Assembly: GCA_050178385.1 (NCBI GenBank)
Contig: JBFXGD010000064.1
Coordinates: 1 to 17,223 of the forward strand
Source of the DNA: Calditrichaceae bacterium
GTDB lineage: Bacteria; Calditrichota; Calditrichia; Calditrichales; JBFXGD01
Direction of reading: 5' to 3'
Length of the DNA stretch: 17,223 nucleotides
Shown: positions 16,122-17,223 of the stretch, one piece after another
How the letters are laid out: the number at the start of each line of letters is the position of its first letter
Position numbering within the stretch: the stretch's first letter is position 1
Translations under genes and position numbers: made by a program
Notes under the pieces: model-generated
What the model was told of the DNA's origin: nothing
Databases searched by the model: none
Seen by the model: only the letters and a program-made list of their open reading frames with translations

Positions 16122-17223
16122 ATGAAAAGACTGTCATCGGAAAAAACGGAGAAACTAATCGTATTTCTTGTGCCCGGATTCCCGGAGGATGAAAAGGACA
16201 CTTCCTGTATTCCCGCTTTGCAGAATTATATCCTGCATTTTTCTCAAACACATCCGGGATTGCGAACAATCGTCATTGCTTTTCAATACCCGTTTATCCG
16301 CGGCTGGTATTATCGGAATCATATCTCCGTTTACAGCTGTGGCGGAAAAAATAAAGGCGGAATTTTCCGTCTGATGGTCTGGGTTCGCGCGGCGGCGGTT
16401 CTGATCCGGATTCGCGCCGGTATAAAGATATCTGTCATTCACAGTTTCTGGCTGAGTGAAACAACCCTGATCGGACAATGGTTGGCGGGGATTCTCGGAG
16501 CGGCGCATGTGGCATCGGTCATGGGACAGGATGCTCTCGAATCGAATCCATATCTCCGGCGGCTGAATTTCTCCAAAATGACCATGACCTGCGGATCGCA
16601 AACGGCGGCGCGCCATTTTTTTGAATCAACAGGCCGGACGACTGATCACATCATTCCCATCGGTATTGACCGGGATATGCCTGAATTCTCGCGAAATCAC
16701 CACCAACGCGATATCGATATCATTGGCGTCGGTTCGCTGATCCCGTTAAAAAATTTCCGGTTGTTTATTGAAATCATTTCTGAGCTGAGACCCGAATTTC
16801 CCAATATCCGTTGCGTCATCATCGGCGATGGAACGGAGCGTGATCAGCTTGCGGAAATGATTACCGGTCTGGATCTTGATGAAAACATCCGGCTTACGGG
16901 TCATTTAACCCGGGCAGAAGTTATATCACTTCTCACACAAAGCCGGATTTTTCTGCATACGTCGGAATATGAGGCGCAGGGATATGTTTTTCTCGAAGCG
17001 CTTTTCGCGGGACTTTACCTTGTAAAACATGATACCGGTTATCCTGAATCCGGCCATAAAACGGTGATTTGTAAAAATAAAGGAAATTTCCTTGAAGCAA
17101 TCAGCAGCCTTATGAGAACGGCCCCGGATCACAGCCCGATTCTGCTGAAAACAATTAATGAAACCGTAAATGATTATCATGAAATTTATTTCGGACCATC
17201 GGTTGCAAACAGAACAAAAGGGC
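16122..17223 (+). CDS. Glycosyltransferase family 4 (GT-B); nearly complete, stop codon beyond the window edge
   Basis: Not in the ORF track. Hand translation from ATG 16122 is open to the end: MKRLSSEKTEKLIVFLVPGFP..CIPALQ..IHSFW..IIPIGID..IIGVGSLIPLKN..IIGDGTER..FLHTSEYEAQGYVFLEAL (E-X7-E). Confidence 0.88.
   Translation, partial: MKRLSSEKTEKLIVFLVPGFPEDEKDTSCIPALQNYILHFSQTHPGLRTIVIAFQYPFIRGWYYRNHISVYSCGGKNKGGIFRLMVWVRAAAVLIRIRAGIKISVIHSFWLSETTLIGQWLAGILGAAHVASVMGQDALESNPYLRRLNFSKMTMTCGSQTAARHFFESTGRTTDHIIPIGIDRDMPEFSRNHHQRDIDIIGVGSLIPLKNFRLFIEIISELRPEFPNIRCVIIGDGTERDQLAEMITGLDLDENIRLTGHLTRAEVISLLTQSRIFLHTSEYEAQGYVFLEALFAGLYLVKHDTGYPESGHKTVICKNKGNFLEAISSLMRTAPDHSPILLKTINETVNDYHEIYFGPSVANRTKG

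Noticed and set aside
16155..17180. ORF-track ORFs at 16155-16616, 16168-16374 and 16926-17180
   Set aside because: They are shadows of the GT4 frame starting at 16122, which the track missed because it has no stop within the window.

Overview
Bacterial genomic window. The LSQNYPNPFNP-type sorting tail and clear Shine-Dalgarno use suggest an FCB-related lineage such as Calditrichota, Ignavibacteria or KSB1 (inference). The left arm is on the minus strand and holds an exported-protein region: a lipoprotein, a 1366-aa Asp-box beta-propeller protein with a T9SS-type C-terminal sorting domain and its own terminator, then an AT-rich two-gene cassette. The cassette is a small secreted protein plus a gene missing from the ORF track: a Zn-dependent phospholipase C/P1 nuclease-like protein fused to an Ig-like domain, running off the left edge. 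It sits behind an apparently complete sigma-54 promoter (-24/-12 box, IHF site, three phased 18-bp palindromes). The middle has a parvulin-type PPIase lipoprotein and a DUF2784-like membrane protein converging on a terminator. The right arm is a tightly coupled plus-strand operon of unknown product: GT4 glycosyltransferase, nucleotidyltransferase-like protein, two paralogous B12-dependent radical SAM enzymes, two SAM methyltransferases, and a second GT4 (also missing from the ORF track, running off the right edge). No RNA genes, CRISPR arrays or transposases were seen.
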